Shown piece after piece: positions 26,405-37,029 of a stretch of 56,751 nucleotides of DNA. The stretch is from NCBI GenBank assembly GCA_012718945.1, contig JAAYBL010000106.1, forward strand, positions 1 through 56,751, in the 5' to 3' direction. Below the pieces are notes generated by a model, which was given only the letters and a program-made list of their open reading frames with translations, was not told the origin of the DNA and did not search any database. A program made the position numbers and the translations under genes. Source of the stretch: Bacteroidales bacterium. GTDB lineage: Bacteria; Bacteroidota; Bacteroidia; Bacteroidales; UBA1402. Every line of letters begins with the position of its first letter. Within the stretch, counting starts at the first letter, position 1.

Positions 26405-27997
26405 TTACGGCAGTTGTGGGCCAGAGGGGATCAAGGCGATAGCTGCGTCGTTGTCGCAGTATTGCTTGAAGTTCTCAATGTACATGCCGGCCAGTTTGAT
26501 GGCTTTGGCTTCCCATTCTTTAACATCGCTGTAGGTGCTGCGTGGATCCAGGATGTCGGAAACGCCATTCAGCTTGACAGGAGCGGTCAGGTTCATGATG
26601 GGGATTTGCTTGGTTTCGGCTTTTTCGATCGAACCATCGATGATGGCGTCGATGATGGCTCGAGTGTCCTTGAGGGAGATGCGCTTGCCGGTTCCATTCC
26701 AGCCAGTGTTGACCAGGTAAGCTTTGGCACCGTTTTCTTCCATCTTCTTAACCAGCGTGCTGGCGTACACCGTGGGGTGCAGGGTCAGGAAGGCTTCGCC
26801 GAAAGCGGGGGAGAAGGAAGGAACGGGTTCGGTGATACCACGTTCTGTACCGGCCAACTTGGAGGTAAAGCCGCAGAGGAAGTGGTATTGAGCCTGGTTG
26901 TCATCGAGGATGGAAACAGGAGGCAATACACCAAAAGCATCAGCTGACAAGTAAATGATCTTGTTGGCATGTCCGGCACGGGAAGGCAACACAATCTTGC
27001 TGATGTGGTAGATGGGGTAGGAAACGCGGGTGTTTTCCGTTACGGAACCGTCGGTGTAGTCGGTATTGCCGTTCTCATCAACAGTGACATTTTCCAGCAA
27101 CGCATCGCGTTTGATGGCACGCCAGATGTCTGGTTCTTTTTCTTCAGCCAGGTCAATAACCTTGGCATAGCAACCACCTTCGTAGTTGAATACACCGTGG
27201 TCGTCCCAGCCGTGTTCGTCGTCACCAATCAGGAAGCGTTTGGGGTCGGCAGACAAGGTGGTCTTACCGGTACCGGACAGACCGAAGAAGACGGCAACGT
27301 CACCTTCAGTACCTACGTTGGCCGAGCAGTGCATGGAAGCGATACCTTTCTGTGGCAGGTAGTAGTTCATCAGAGAGAAGATACCCTTCTTCATTTCACC
27401 ACCGTACCAGGTACCACCGATTACTTGCATCTTGCGGGTCAGGTCGAACAACGTGAAGTTTTCAGAGTTCAAACCCTGTTCCTTCCAGTTGGGGTTGGTC
27501 GTTTTGGAACCGTTCAACGTAACGAAATCGGGTTCACCGTAGTGTTCCAGTTCATAGTGTGACGGACGGATAAACATATTGGTTACAAAGTGAGCTTGCC
27601 ATGCAACTTCCATGATGAAACGAACCTTCATGCGGGTATCTTCATTGGTTCCGCAGAAAGTATCGACAACATACAATTTTTTTGCTGACGACAATTGTTT
27701 TGTTACCAGATTCTTGCAATGTTCAAATACTTCAGGAGTGGTTGGTCTGTTGATGGTTCCGTCCCACCAGAGTGTGTTTTCGGTGCTGGCGTCCTTGACA
27801 AAGAATTTGTCTTTGGGTGAACGACCGGTGAATTTACCCGTGTACACAGCTGTTGCACCGCTCTTGGTCAACTTTGCCTTTTCAAAACCTTGGTTTGCAG
27901 GATTCATCTCATCCTGAAACAGCACCTCATAAGAGGGGTTGTGAACAACTTCGAAATCGCCTTTGATCCCGTACTTGCTCAAATCTAATTGCGCCAT
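26405..27997 (-). CDS. pckA: Phosphoenolpyruvate carboxykinase (ATP)
   Basis: [31 protein letters not shown] and LIGDDEHGW motifs; -7 element TATTTTTG at 28061-28068 (minus strand). Confidence 0.98.
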   Translation of the reverse strand: MAQLDLSKYGIKGDFEVVHNPSYEVLFQDEMNPANQGFEKAKLTKSGATAVYTGKFTGRSPKDKFFVKDASTENTLWWDGTINRPTTPEVFEHCKNLVTKQLSSAKKLYVVDTFCGTNEDTRMKVRFIMEVAWQAHFVTNMFIRPSHYELEHYGEPDFVTLNGSKTTNPNWKEQGLNSENFTLFDLTRKMQVIGGTWYGGEMKKGIFSLMNYYLPQKGIASMHCSANVGTEGDVAVFFGLSGTGKTTLSADPKRFLIGDDEHGWDDHGVFNYEGGCYAKVIDLAEEKEPDIWRAIKRDALLENVTVDENGNTDYTDGSVTENTRVSYPIYHISKIVLPSRAGHANKIIYLSADAFGVLPPVSILDDNQAQYHFLCGFTSKLAGTERGITEPVPSFSPAFGEAFLTLHPTVYASTLVKKMEENGAKAYLVNTGWNGTGKRISLKDTRAIIDAIIDGSIEKAETKQIPIMNLTAPVKLNGVSDILDPRSTYSDVKEWEAKAIKLAGMYIENFKQYCDNDAAIALIPSGPQLP

Positions 27998-28281
27998 TGT
28001 TGAATAATAAATTGATTTATACTCAGTTAACTAATCTATCGAAACCTTCTTTTGGAAGGACAAAAATACGAAAAAAAACCAAACTCCCTACAGTAATTAA
28101 AGAAATTTTTCCTTATTTGGATTTTTAACATTGTTTACGGAACTTGGTTAAAAAGTGGCGTCCGACAACCTGAATAATTATACCTTTTATGTACCTTTGC
28201 GGCCGAATTTTGTGTGGCCTTTCACATCAATAGTACGCTTAGTATCAACCAGGATCATCCACGCTCAACAACACAACGAAC

Positions 28282-28932
28282 ATGACAATTATCAACTTAT
28301 CCGACGCGAACACCCTGCTTAACCAGTATTTATTGGAACTCCGAGACGTAACCATTCAAAAAGACAGGATGCGGTTCAGGCGCAACGTTGAACGGATTGG
28401 TGAAATCATGGCTTACGAAATGAGCAAGACCTTTTCTTACAGTCCCAAAGAGGTCAAAACGCCACTAGGAACGATTCCTGTTAACACCATTGACGATCAG
28501 TTGGTGATTTCCACCATTCTTAGGGCTGGCCTGCCTTTCCATCAAGGATTCCTCAGTTACTTCGACAGGGCTGAAAATGCGTTTGTATCAGCTTATCGCA
28601 AATACAAGGATGCCCTCAAGTTTGACATCCATGTGGAATACATCGCTGCACCTTCCATCGAAGGTAAGACGCTCATCCTGACCGACCCCATGCTGGCTAC
28701 CGGCAGTTCGCTAGAACTCTCCTATGGTGCTTTGCTGACCAGGGGTAAGCCATCCAAAGTACATTTGGCCACTGTCATCGCCAGCCAACAAGGTGTTGAC
28801 TATGTAAAGGCTTGCTTCCCGGAAGATACCACCTTGTGGTGTGGCGCCATCGACCCCGAATTGGATGCCCATTCCTACATTGTTCCAGGACTGGGTGACG
28901 CCGGCGACCTGGCTTACGGAGAGAAACTCTAA
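28282..28932 (+). CDS. upp: Uracil phosphoribosyltransferase
   Basis: ILRAGL, DPMLATGSS and YIVPGLGDAGD motifs; -7 element TACCTTTG at 28192-28199. Confidence 0.96.
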   Translation: MTIINLSDANTLLNQYLLELRDVTIQKDRMRFRRNVERIGEIMAYEMSKTFSYSPKEVKTPLGTIPVNTIDDQLVISTILRAGLPFHQGFLSYFDRAENAFVSAYRKYKDALKFDIHVEYIAAPSIEGKTLILTDPMLATGSSLELSYGALLTRGKPSKVHLATVIASQQGVDYVKACFPEDTTLWCGAIDPELDAHSYIVPGLGDAGDLAYGEKL

Positions 28933-28954
28933 CGAATACTACGTTCCTTTTCTA

Positions 28955-28987
28955 TTCAATCGGTTGGCCTTTTGCCAGCCGATTGAA
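28955..28987 (+). terminator. Stem-loop after upp (terminator-like)
   Basis: TTCAATCGGTTGGC-ctttt-GCCAGCCGATTGAA; the U tract is weak. Confidence 0.55.
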
Positions 28988-29131
28988 GGTTTATTCTGGT
29001 TGGGTGTATACCCATGCCGGGGATGGTTATTGCCTGTTGCGGTCAAAAATAATACGGAAATTTTTCTTTATTTGGTGCAAAAAAGGGTGAGATTGTGTAA
29101 TTTCGCAACAAAATTTAGCACTTCCATACGT

Positions 29132-30502
29132 ATGGTACCTGTACAAACGATTAAAAAAGGGCTGGACATTAAGCTCAAAGGCAAGGCAGCCCTGGAGACT
29201 ACGACGGTCGGATGCGTGGAGCGTTGGTCGATGACCCCCGCTGACTATCATGGGCTGATACCCAAGGTGGTGGTCAAAGAAGGGGATGCGGTGAAAGCAG
29301 GGTCACCTTTGATGGTGGACAAACAGCGCCCAGACATTCAGTTTGTCTCTGCTGTCAGTGGAACGGTGACTGCTGTTGTCAGAGGTGACAAACGTGCCTT
29401 ACTCAACATCGTGGTCAAACCCGACCTCAGGACTGACTATTTATCCTTTCCCAAGGAGAACCCGTTGGACCTAAGTCCCGAAACAGTGAAAGCCAGGCTG
29501 TGTGAAGCAGGCCTTTGGCCATACATCAAACAGCGTCCCTACGATGTGATCGCCAATCCCGAGACGACCCCCAGGGCTATTTTCGTGAGCGGATTTGACA
29601 CGGCACCCTTGGCGCCGGAATATGCCTACATCCTTAAAGGACAGGGAGCTGATCTTCAAACCGGTTTCAATGCCTTGACGAAATTAACCCCAGGCCTGGT
29701 GTTTCTCAGCTTGCCTGATCCCTGCGATGCTGCCGAACTTAAGGGCGTTCAGGGGGTGGAGTTTTGCACGTTCAAAGGACCACATCCAGCCGGATTGGTA
29801 GGTGTGCAGATCAACCACATCGCGCCCCTCAACAAAGGTGAATTGGTGTGGACCATCGACCTGCTTGATGTGCTCTTCATCGGCCGCCTTTTCAACCAAG
29901 GCAGAGTGGATCTGACCCGCCAGGTGGCTGTGACTGGTCCGGAAGTGGTAAAACCAGCCTATGTACGTTGTCTGCCTGGTACTCCAATATCAACATTGGT
30001 CGATGGGAATGTTCATAAGGAGATTCCATTGCGCTACATCAACGGCAATCCCTTGTCGGGTAGCCGTGTATCCGCAGATGGTTTCCTGGGTGCTTACGCT
30101 ACTCAATTGACGGTGTTGCACGAAGGCACGGATACTCACGAAATGCTAGGTTGGGTCATGCCCCGATTTAACCTGTTCAGTACCAGCCGTACCTACTTTA
30201 CGTGGCTGACCAAGTGGCTGGTGCCCGGTAAAGTCTTTGAGCCAGACACCCGTGTACTTGGAGGAGAGCGTACCTTAATTATGTCGGGCGAGTATGATCG
30301 GGTTTTTCCTATGGATATCTTACCCGAACACCTGGTCAGGGCTTGTGTGACCAATGATTTGGAAAGAATGGAACAATTGGGGCTCTATGAAGTAGCCCCC
30401 GAGGACTTTGCCCTCTGTGAATTTGTTTGTACATCAAAGATAGAGGTGCAACGCGTTATCCGTGAGGCCCTGGATTTGTTGAAAAAAGAAAATGGAGACT
30501 AA
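29132..30502 (+). CDS. nqrA: Na+-translocating NADH:quinone oxidoreductase subunit A
   Basis: IKKGLDIKLKG, GPHPAG and EVAPEDFALCEFVCTSK motifs. The start is ATG 29132; the ORF-track start overlaps upp. Confidence 0.96.
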   Translation: MVPVQTIKKGLDIKLKGKAALETTTVGCVERWSMTPADYHGLIPKVVVKEGDAVKAGSPLMVDKQRPDIQFVSAVSGTVTAVVRGDKRALLNIVVKPDLRTDYLSFPKENPLDLSPETVKARLCEAGLWPYIKQRPYDVIANPETTPRAIFVSGFDTAPLAPEYAYILKGQGADLQTGFNALTKLTPGLVFLSLPDPCDAAELKGVQGVEFCTFKGPHPAGLVGVQINHIAPLNKGELVWTIDLLDVLFIGRLFNQGRVDLTRQVAVTGPEVVKPAYVRCLPGTPISTLVDGNVHKEIPLRYINGNPLSGSRVSADGFLGAYATQLTVLHEGTDTHEMLGWVMPRFNLFSTSRTYFTWLTKWLVPGKVFEPDTRVLGGERTLIMSGEYDRVFPMDILPEHLVRACVTNDLERMEQLGLYEVAPEDFALCEFVCTSKIEVQRVIREALDLLKKENGD

Positions 30503-30520
30503 CCTTAAACCTGCAGCACG

Positions 30521-31756
30521 TTGAAAGCGTTACGTAACTTTTTGGATAAGTTGAAACCCACCTTCTCGGAGGGCGGCAAGTTGTCGGCCTTGCATTCGGT
30601 GTACGAGGGTTTCGAGGCCTTTCTCTTCGTGTCCAACCAGACATCGAAGTCGGGCGTTCACATTCACGACAGCATCGACTCCAAGCGGGTCATGTTCTGG
30701 GTCATCCTGGCTCTGGTGCCTGCCCTGTTATTTGGGATGTATAACACTGGCTACCAGCATTACCTGGCCATTGGCTTGTTGGAACAAACGTCGTTTTGGC
30801 AAGCCTTCGGTTGGGGTGCCTTAGCCGTCTTACCTTATTTAGTGGTGTCCTACCTGGTAGGCTTGGGCATAGAGTTTATCGCCGCTCAGATAAAGAAGGA
30901 GGAGATTCAAGAGGGTTTCCTGGTGACAGGTATCCTTATTCCCCTTATATTGCCCATCGGCATTCCCTTGTGGATGGTGGCTGTGGCAACGGCCTTCTCC
31001 GTCATTTTTGCCAAGGAAGTGTTTGGTGGCACTGGCTACAACATCTTCAACGTAGCCTTGATTACCAGGGCTTTCCTGTTTTTCGCCTATCCGACCAAAA
31101 TGTCGGGAGACAGTGTGTGGATTAGTCTGAACGAGTATTTCGGATTTGGTAAGACTGTTCCCGCTGTTGATGGTTTCTCCGGAGCCACTCCCATGGGCCA
31201 GGCCGCCATCGCAACCGGTGATAGTCTGCAATTGACTAGCCCACTCGGAGATCCCCTTTCCTGGTGGGACATGTTCCTTGGGTTGATCCCCGGTTCCATC
31301 GGTGAAACATCCACCCTGGCCATACTGCTGGGTGGTGCTTTCCTGATTGCTACCGGTGTGGCCAGTTGGAAAATCATTCTTTCCGTTTTTGCAGGCGGCG
31401 CAGCGACAATCTTTGTATTCAATACCTTTGCTGTTAATGCCTATATGGCCGTTCCTGTTTGGGAACAGCTCTGTCTGGGTGGCTTTGCCTTTGGTGCCGT
31501 CTTCATGGCCACCGACCCGGTGACCTCTTCTCGTACCGAAACCGGCAAGTGGATTTACGGATTCCTGATTGGGGTGCTGGCCATGATCTTGCGTGTGCTC
31601 AATCCCGCTTACCCTGAAGGTATGATGTTGGCTATCCTGTTTATGAACATTTTTGCCAAGTTGATCGACTACTATGTGGTACAACACAACATCAACAAAC
31701 GGCTCAAGCGTGCCACGTTATCGTCCAACCCCGCCAAAACGACTCCCCATGAATAA
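30521..31756 (+). CDS. nqrB: Na+-NQR subunit B
   Basis: HIHDSIDSKR, KEVFGGTG, FMN site SGATP, GSIGETS and FMATDPV; TTG start. Confidence 0.96.
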   Translation: MKALRNFLDKLKPTFSEGGKLSALHSVYEGFEAFLFVSNQTSKSGVHIHDSIDSKRVMFWVILALVPALLFGMYNTGYQHYLAIGLLEQTSFWQAFGWGALAVLPYLVVSYLVGLGIEFIAAQIKKEEIQEGFLVTGILIPLILPIGIPLWMVAVATAFSVIFAKEVFGGTGYNIFNVALITRAFLFFAYPTKMSGDSVWISLNEYFGFGKTVPAVDGFSGATPMGQAAIATGDSLQLTSPLGDPLSWWDMFLGLIPGSIGETSTLAILLGGAFLIATGVASWKIILSVFAGGAATIFVFNTFAVNAYMAVPVWEQLCLGGFAFGAVFMATDPVTSSRTETGKWIYGFLIGVLAMILRVLNPAYPEGMMLAILFMNIFAKLIDYYVVQHNINKRLKRATLSSNPAKTTPHE

Positions 31757-32447
31757 GAACAGCAATACTTATACCTATCTCTACGCCACCATCATGGTAG
31801 TGCTGGTGGCCGTCGGGTTGGCCTTTACCAACGGTTTGTTGAAAGAAAAGCAAGCCAAGAACGTCGAACTGGACAAGATGATGCAGATCTTACGTTCTGT
31901 CAAAGTAGAGGCGACGGCCGAAACGGCTGAAGATAATTACACGACGACCATAAAGACAGCCTACCTGCTGAACAGCCAGGGTGAAGTAACCGAAAAGGAT
32001 GCCAGGACGGCGTTCATGGTCGATATGGCCAAGGAAGTGCTCAAGCCGTTGGAAGAACGGAAGCTCCCGGTGTACGAAGCGTCCATTGCTGGTCAACTCA
32101 AATACATCCTGCCTGTGTATGGTGCCGGCCTTTGGGGGCCCATCTGGGGTTATGTCTCTTTGAACGACGACAAACAAACCATTTTTGCAGCCTCCTTTTC
32201 CCATCAGGGAGAAACACCTGGTCTTGGGGCTGAAATTGATACCAAACCGTTTCAACTGCAATTTGAAGGAAAATCCTTGTTCAGGGAATCGGCCTTTGTA
32301 TCGATTGCTGTACTCAAGGCCGGTCAAAAAGAGGACAGCCGCGACCAGGTAGACGCCATTTCTGGTGGCACCATCACCAGCAAAGGGTTGGAGGCCATGT
32401 TGCAGGATTGCCTGAGTGCCTATGAACCCTTTCTGATCAAACAGTAA
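31749..32447 (+). CDS. nqrC: Na+-NQR subunit C
   Basis: GAGLWGPIWG, HQGETPGLG and FMN site DAISGGTITS; start at ATG 31749. Confidence 0.96.
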   Translation: MNKNSNTYTYLYATIMVVLVAVGLAFTNGLLKEKQAKNVELDKMMQILRSVKVEATAETAEDNYTTTIKTAYLLNSQGEVTEKDARTAFMVDMAKEVLKPLEERKLPVYEASIAGQLKYILPVYGAGLWGPIWGYVSLNDDKQTIFAASFSHQGETPGLGAEIDTKPFQLQFEGKSLFRESAFVSIAVLKAGQKEDSRDQVDAISGGTITSKGLEAMLQDCLSAYEPFLIKQ

Positions 32448-32483
32448 GCATCTCCATCACAATACATTGAAAACATACAGCAT

Positions 32484-33101
32484 ATGAAGTTCAATAAAGA
32501 GGTCTTGATTAAGCCGCTCAACAGAGCGAATCCCGTCACTGTGCTGGTGTTGGGCATCTGTTCGGCACTGGCCGTCACCGCCCAACTGAAGCCGGCGTTG
32601 GTCATGGGTCTCTCCGTGGTCATTGTTACCGCCTTCTCCAATTTGATTGTTTCCTTTCTGAGGAATGGCATCCCCAACCGTATCCGCATCATTGTACAGC
32701 TGGTCGTAGTGGCCACCCTGGTCATCATTGTCGAGCAAGTGCTCAAGGCTTTCGCCTATGAGATGTGGAAGTCGCTGTCCGTCTTCTTGGGTCTCATTAT
32801 TACCAACTGCATCCTGATGGGTCGACTGGAAGCCTTTGCCTTGGGCAACAAACCCTTCGATTCTTTCCTTGACGGTATTGGCAACGGCATGGGTTACGCC
32901 ATCGTTCTGTTCATTGTCGGTTTTGTGCGCGAGTTGTTGGGGTCTGGCAGCCTGTTTGGCATCAAGGTGATACCGCAGTCTTTTTACGACGCCGGTTACG
33001 CGAACAATGGTCTGATGATCCTGCCTCCTATGGCATTGATCGTCGTGGCCTGCATCATTTGGGTACAGCGGTCCATCCGCAAGGAACTCCAGGAAAAATA
33101 A
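32484..33101 (+). CDS. nqrD: Na+-NQR subunit D
   Basis: LGICSALAVT and GLIITNCILMGRLEAFA motifs. Confidence 0.96.
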   Translation: MKFNKEVLIKPLNRANPVTVLVLGICSALAVTAQLKPALVMGLSVVIVTAFSNLIVSFLRNGIPNRIRIIVQLVVVATLVIIVEQVLKAFAYEMWKSLSVFLGLIITNCILMGRLEAFALGNKPFDSFLDGIGNGMGYAIVLFIVGFVRELLGSGSLFGIKVIPQSFYDAGYANNGLMILPPMALIVVACIIWVQRSIRKELQEK

Positions 33102-33132
33102 TCTGACAACCACCGCTTAAACACAACCAATC

Positions 33133-33747
33133 ATGGATCTGCTGAATCTGTTTATCAAGTCGGTTTTTGTCGACAACATGATATTTGCCTACTTCCTGGG
33201 CATGTGCTCGTACCTGGCCGTTTCCAAGACGGTCAAGACGTCCATGGGACTGGGCATTGCCGTGACTTTTGTGCTGGTAGCCACCGTGCCGGTGAACTAC
33301 CTGCTGCATACCTATATCCTTAAGGAAGGTGCCATGGCCTGGATCAGCCCTCAGTTGGCCGGCATGGATCTAAGTTTCTTAAGCTTTATTCTCTTTATCG
33401 CCATCATTGCTTCCATCGTCCAGATTCTGGAGATGGTGGTGGAAAAATTTGCACCGGCCTTGTACGCTTCGCTGGGTATTTTCCTGCCCCTGATTGCGGT
33501 GAACTGTGCCATTCTGGGAGCCTCCTTGTTCATGCAACAACGCAACTTCGACTCCTTGGGTGAATCCACGGTTTACGCCCTGGGTTCGGGTATTGGTTGG
33601 TTGTTGGCCATTCTGGGCATGGCTGCTATCAGGGAACACCTCAAGTATTCCAAGGTGCCTGCTCCTTTACGTGGACTGGGTATCACCTTTATCATCGCCG
33701 GCTTAATGGGTCTGGCCTTTATGGGCTTCATGGGTATTAAACTATAA
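33133..33747 (+). CDS. nqrE: Na+-NQR subunit E
   Basis: [11 protein letters not shown] and [13 protein letters not shown] motifs. Confidence 0.96.
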   Translation: MDLLNLFIKSVFVDNMIFAYFLGMCSYLAVSKTVKTSMGLGIAVTFVLVATVPVNYLLHTYILKEGAMAWISPQLAGMDLSFLSFILFIAIIASIVQILEMVVEKFAPALYASLGIFLPLIAVNCAILGASLFMQQRNFDSLGESTVYALGSGIGWLLAILGMAAIREHLKYSKVPAPLRGLGITFIIAGLMGLAFMGFMGIKL

Positions 33748-33757
33748 GATATAGACA

Positions 33758-35017
33758 ATGATCGTATTAGCTATTGACGTGCTCGTCATTCTATTCGGAT
33801 TGATTATTTTCCTGGCAGTCATGTTGGCCTTGGTCAGCCTCTTGCTGTATATCAAGAAAAAACTCACCCCTGCCGGTGACATCAAAGTGACCATTAACGA
33901 GGAAACAGAGGTGATGGCCGAACCAGGCAGCAGCCTGCTGTCAGCGCTTGGCAACAACAAGATTTTCTTGCCTTCGGCCTGCGGAGGTGGCGGTACCTGT
34001 GGTATGTGCAAATGCCAGGTTTTGGAAGGCGGCGGTACGATACTGCCTACGGAAACGGGATTCTTTACCCGCAAGCAGGTGCAGGAGCATTGGCGCCTCG
34101 GTTGCCAGGTCAAGCTTCGTGAAGATTTGAAAATCAAGGTGCCCGAAGAAATCATGGGCATCAAGAAGTGGGAGTGCGAGGTGGTGTCCAACCACAATGT
34201 AGCTTCTTTCATCAAGGAGTTTGTGGTCAAGTTGCCCGAAGGCGAAACACTCAACTTCAAGTCAGGTAGTTACATCCAGATTGACGTGCCGGCCATTGAC
34301 GTCGACTTCAAGGACATGGATGTGGATGATCGCTTCAAACCCGAATGGGACAAGTTCAAACTCTGGGGTTTGCATATGTCCAATCCCGAGCCTACCTACA
34401 GGGCTTATTCCATGGCCAACCATCCGGCAGAGGGGAATATCGTCATGCTTAACATCCGCATCGCCACACCTCCCTTCGACAGGGCCAAGGGCGGTTGGGC
34501 CGACGTGAATCCAGGTATCTGCTCCTCCTATATTTTCTCCCGCAAACCAGGCGATAAGGTGTCTATTTCCGGTCCCTTCGGTGAGTTCCACATCCTCGAT
34601 ACCAAGCGTGAAATGCTGTACATCGGCGGTGGTGCCGGAATGGCGCCCCTGCGTTCACACCTGTTGCACCTTTTCCACACGCTCAAGACCACAGACCGCA
34701 AGATCTCGTACTGGTACGGTGCCCGTTCAAAAAATGAGATTTTCTACGAAGAGGATTTCAGGGCCATCGAAAAGGCTTTCCCCAATTTCACGTTCAATAT
34801 TGCCTTGAGCGAACCCCGTCCTGAGGACAACTGGACCGGTTATGTAGGCTTCATCCATCAGGTGATTCTCGACAACTACTTGTCGACCCATGAAGCTCCC
34901 GAAGACATCGAGTACTACATGTGCGGACCTGGCCCCATGGCCAACGCGGTGAAGGTTATGCTTGACAACCTGGGTGTGCCAAAGGAAATGTTGATGTTCG
35001 ACGATTTTGGTGCCTGA
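33758..35017 (+). CDS. nqrF: Na+-NQR subunit F
   Basis: 2Fe-2S motif CGGGGTCGMC, RAYSMAN, GGGAGMAP, MCGP and C-terminal DDFG. Confidence 0.97.
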   Translation: MIVLAIDVLVILFGLIIFLAVMLALVSLLLYIKKKLTPAGDIKVTINEETEVMAEPGSSLLSALGNNKIFLPSACGGGGTCGMCKCQVLEGGGTILPTETGFFTRKQVQEHWRLGCQVKLREDLKIKVPEEIMGIKKWECEVVSNHNVASFIKEFVVKLPEGETLNFKSGSYIQIDVPAIDVDFKDMDVDDRFKPEWDKFKLWGLHMSNPEPTYRAYSMANHPAEGNIVMLNIRIATPPFDRAKGGWADVNPGICSSYIFSRKPGDKVSISGPFGEFHILDTKREMLYIGGGAGMAPLRSHLLHLFHTLKTTDRKISYWYGARSKNEIFYEEDFRAIEKAFPNFTFNIALSEPRPEDNWTGYVGFIHQVILDNYLSTHEAPEDIEYYMCGPGPMANAVKVMLDNLGVPKEMLMFDDFGA

Positions 35018-35062
35018 TTGATGGAGCAGAGAGGCACGGGAGTGTCTTACCTATCAATTGTT

Positions 35063-36013
35063 TTAGCCTAAATAAGTAGACTGAATGTAGTGAAGTTGCT
35101 GTTCGAGCTGCTGAATGCGGGGGAGAGACTGCCCGGCAGCTGCGGCAGCTTGGATAGGATTCGAGTAGATAGCTTCGATTTCCAAGGGTCGCTTGAAGTC
35201 GAAATCCAGTTTCATGCTGGGGGCATAGGGCGTCATGGTGCGGGTTGAATCCAGCATGGCCTGAGCGAAACTGTCGTCAATGTCATGGCCGCAAGCCCTG
35301 GCCCCTGCGATAACCTCCAGCATCAGTTCCCTGAGAATAGCCAGACTATGGGGCTGGTTCATCAGTTGATCGGTGCTGCTGTTCAGCACAACGCAGAGCC
35401 CATTGTAGGGCACATTCCACACCAGTTTTTTCCAGCGTGCCAAGGCCAGATCGCTACTGTAGTGGCTTTCCACGCCCGCTTCGTTGAAATCAGCCACAAC
35501 GGTCCGCAACAATGATTGGTCAACTGCCTCACGGTCGTTGTCGTCCCTTTCTTCGTGCTTATAGAGGCCCAGGGTGAGTTTGCCGTAGTCCATGTGCTCG
35601 ATGAGGCCAGGACCGCGTTTGGAGGCACAAATAAAGCCCAAGCCACCAGCGATGCTGATGTTAGGGAAGGCTTGTGCCAGACGCTCTTCCATACCCAGAC
35701 CATTTTGAACCAGAATGACGAGGGTGGTGGGCTTTAAAAGAGGTGGCAGGAGGTCTTTCAACAAGTGATTGCTCGTGGTTTTCAAACAAACCAGTACTAC
35801 GTCACAAGTTGGCATGTCTGCCGTGTGTTGATAGGCGTTGATGGGGTGCAGGTGAAAATTGCCATTCACCGATTCCACTTTTAAACCATGGGCAGCCACA
35901 TGGGAATAATCGCTATGGAACAAGAAGTGCACATCATGGCCTGCGTTGGCCAGTTTGCCACCGAAGTATCCGCCCAAGGCTCCCGTTCCTATAACAGCGT
36001 AGCGCAATCCCAT
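35063..36013 (-). CDS. panE: 2-dehydropantoate 2-reductase (ketopantoate reductase)
   Basis: GTGALGG, VQNGLG, RWKKLVWN, SMKLD and LEIEAI motifs. Confidence 0.88.
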   Translation of the reverse strand: MGLRYAVIGTGALGGYFGGKLANAGHDVHFLFHSDYSHVAAHGLKVESVNGNFHLHPINAYQHTADMPTCDVVLVCLKTTSNHLLKDLLPPLLKPTTLVILVQNGLGMEERLAQAFPNISIAGGLGFICASKRGPGLIEHMDYGKLTLGLYKHEERDDNDREAVDQSLLRTVVADFNEAGVESHYSSDLALARWKKLVWNVPYNGLCVVLNSSTDQLMNQPHSLAILRELMLEVIAGARACGHDIDDSFAQAMLDSTRTMTPYAPSMKLDFDFKRPLEIEAIYSNPIQAAAAAGQSLPRIQQLEQQLHYIQSTYLG

Positions 36014-36016
36014 GGA

Positions 36017-37027
36017 TCAATCAATCTCCCAGGTTTCAAGGGTGTGCAGGAAAGCTTCCAGCGTTCTGGCGGGGCGTTTTGCTTGGACGTCGGCAATCTG
36101 CTCTACAACAGCCTGGTCATAGGTGGGTTGTTCTACAGAGCGGATGACACCCAGGGCGACAGGTAAATCACCCTTCATGTTGCCGAGCTTGAAGTGCAGG
36201 GTAGGATCCTGGCAGTGAGCGTCGTGTACCAGGATGTCTTTTTCGGTGATGCCATTTTCACCCAATGTCACTGACTTGAGGTTGAAACCATCAATAATCA
36301 GCCCTTTTTCGTTGTTGGCTCCATAGATCATGGGTTCTCCATGCTTGAGTACGATGGTGCGGTCGGCTCTGAACGCCTTGTCAGAAAGATTTTTGTGCGT
36401 GCCATCGTTGAAAATGACGCAGTTTACCAAGGCCTCGACAACGGCGCAACCCTTGTGTTTGGCGGCTTGAAGCAGCACATCCTGAGCGGTTTTAAGGTCA
36501 ATGTCCAAGGTCCTGGCAAAAAAGGAACCTCTGGCGCCCAAGGTGAGTTGGGAGGGGCTGAATGGTTCTTCTACCGTGCCATAGGGCGAGGATTTTGACA
36601 CAAAGCCTTTCTTCGACGTGGGAGAATACTGGCCTTTTGTCAATCCGTAAATTTCATTGTTGAACAGTAGAATATTCAGGTTGACGTTCCTGCGTACAGC
36701 GTGAATGAAGTGGTTGCCACCAATGGCCAAACAGTCGCCGTCACCGGTAATTTGCCAGACAGTCAAGTCAGGATTGGCTACCTTGACACCGGAAGCAATG
36801 GCAGAGGCTCTGCCATGGATGGTGTGCATGCCATAGGCGTTGACGTAATAGGGGAGGCGGCTTGAACAACCGATACCAGACACGACAACGGTCTGTTCGG
36901 GTGAAACACCCAGTTCAGCCATGGCCTTCTGCAGGCTGTTCAACATGGCATAATCACCACAGCCCGGACACCAGCGGACATCCTGGTTGCTTTTAAAATC
37001 GGCGGGTTTATATTGGATGGGTTCCAT
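36017..37027 (-). CDS. korB: 2-oxoacid:ferredoxin oxidoreductase beta subunit
   Basis: WCPGCG, SGIGCSS, IHGRA, TPP motif GDGD...NN and YGLTKGQYSPT. Confidence 0.92.
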   Translation of the reverse strand: MEPIQYKPADFKSNQDVRWCPGCGDYAMLNSLQKAMAELGVSPEQTVVVSGIGCSSRLPYYVNAYGMHTIHGRASAIASGVKVANPDLTVWQITGDGDCLAIGGNHFIHAVRRNVNLNILLFNNEIYGLTKGQYSPTSKKGFVSKSSPYGTVEEPFSPSQLTLGARGSFFARTLDIDLKTAQDVLLQAAKHKGCAVVEALVNCVIFNDGTHKNLSDKAFRADRTIVLKHGEPMIYGANNEKGLIIDGFNLKSVTLGENGITEKDILVHDAHCQDPTLHFKLGNMKGDLPVALGVIRSVEQPTYDQAVVEQIADVQAKRPARTLEAFLHTLETWEID

Positions 37028-37029
37028 GA

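Noticed and set aside
26303..27562. Plus-strand ORFs of 214 and 197 aa and an AGGAGG at 26325-26330
   Set aside because: They are antisense to pckA, and the first runs through the terminator. The AGGAGG has no suitably spaced start codon.
28841..29131. ORF-track N-terminal extensions (nqrA; also SPFH 15071, argS 45054, HU 45444, TBDT 21683, DUF6051-like 8701)
   Set aside because: They overlap upstream genes, promoter elements or probable 5' UTRs; the downstream ATGs match the family N-termini.
30839..33113. Long minus-strand ORFs (282 aa and 218 aa) inside the nqr operon
   Set aside because: Antisense shadows of nqrB and nqrD, attributable to codon bias.
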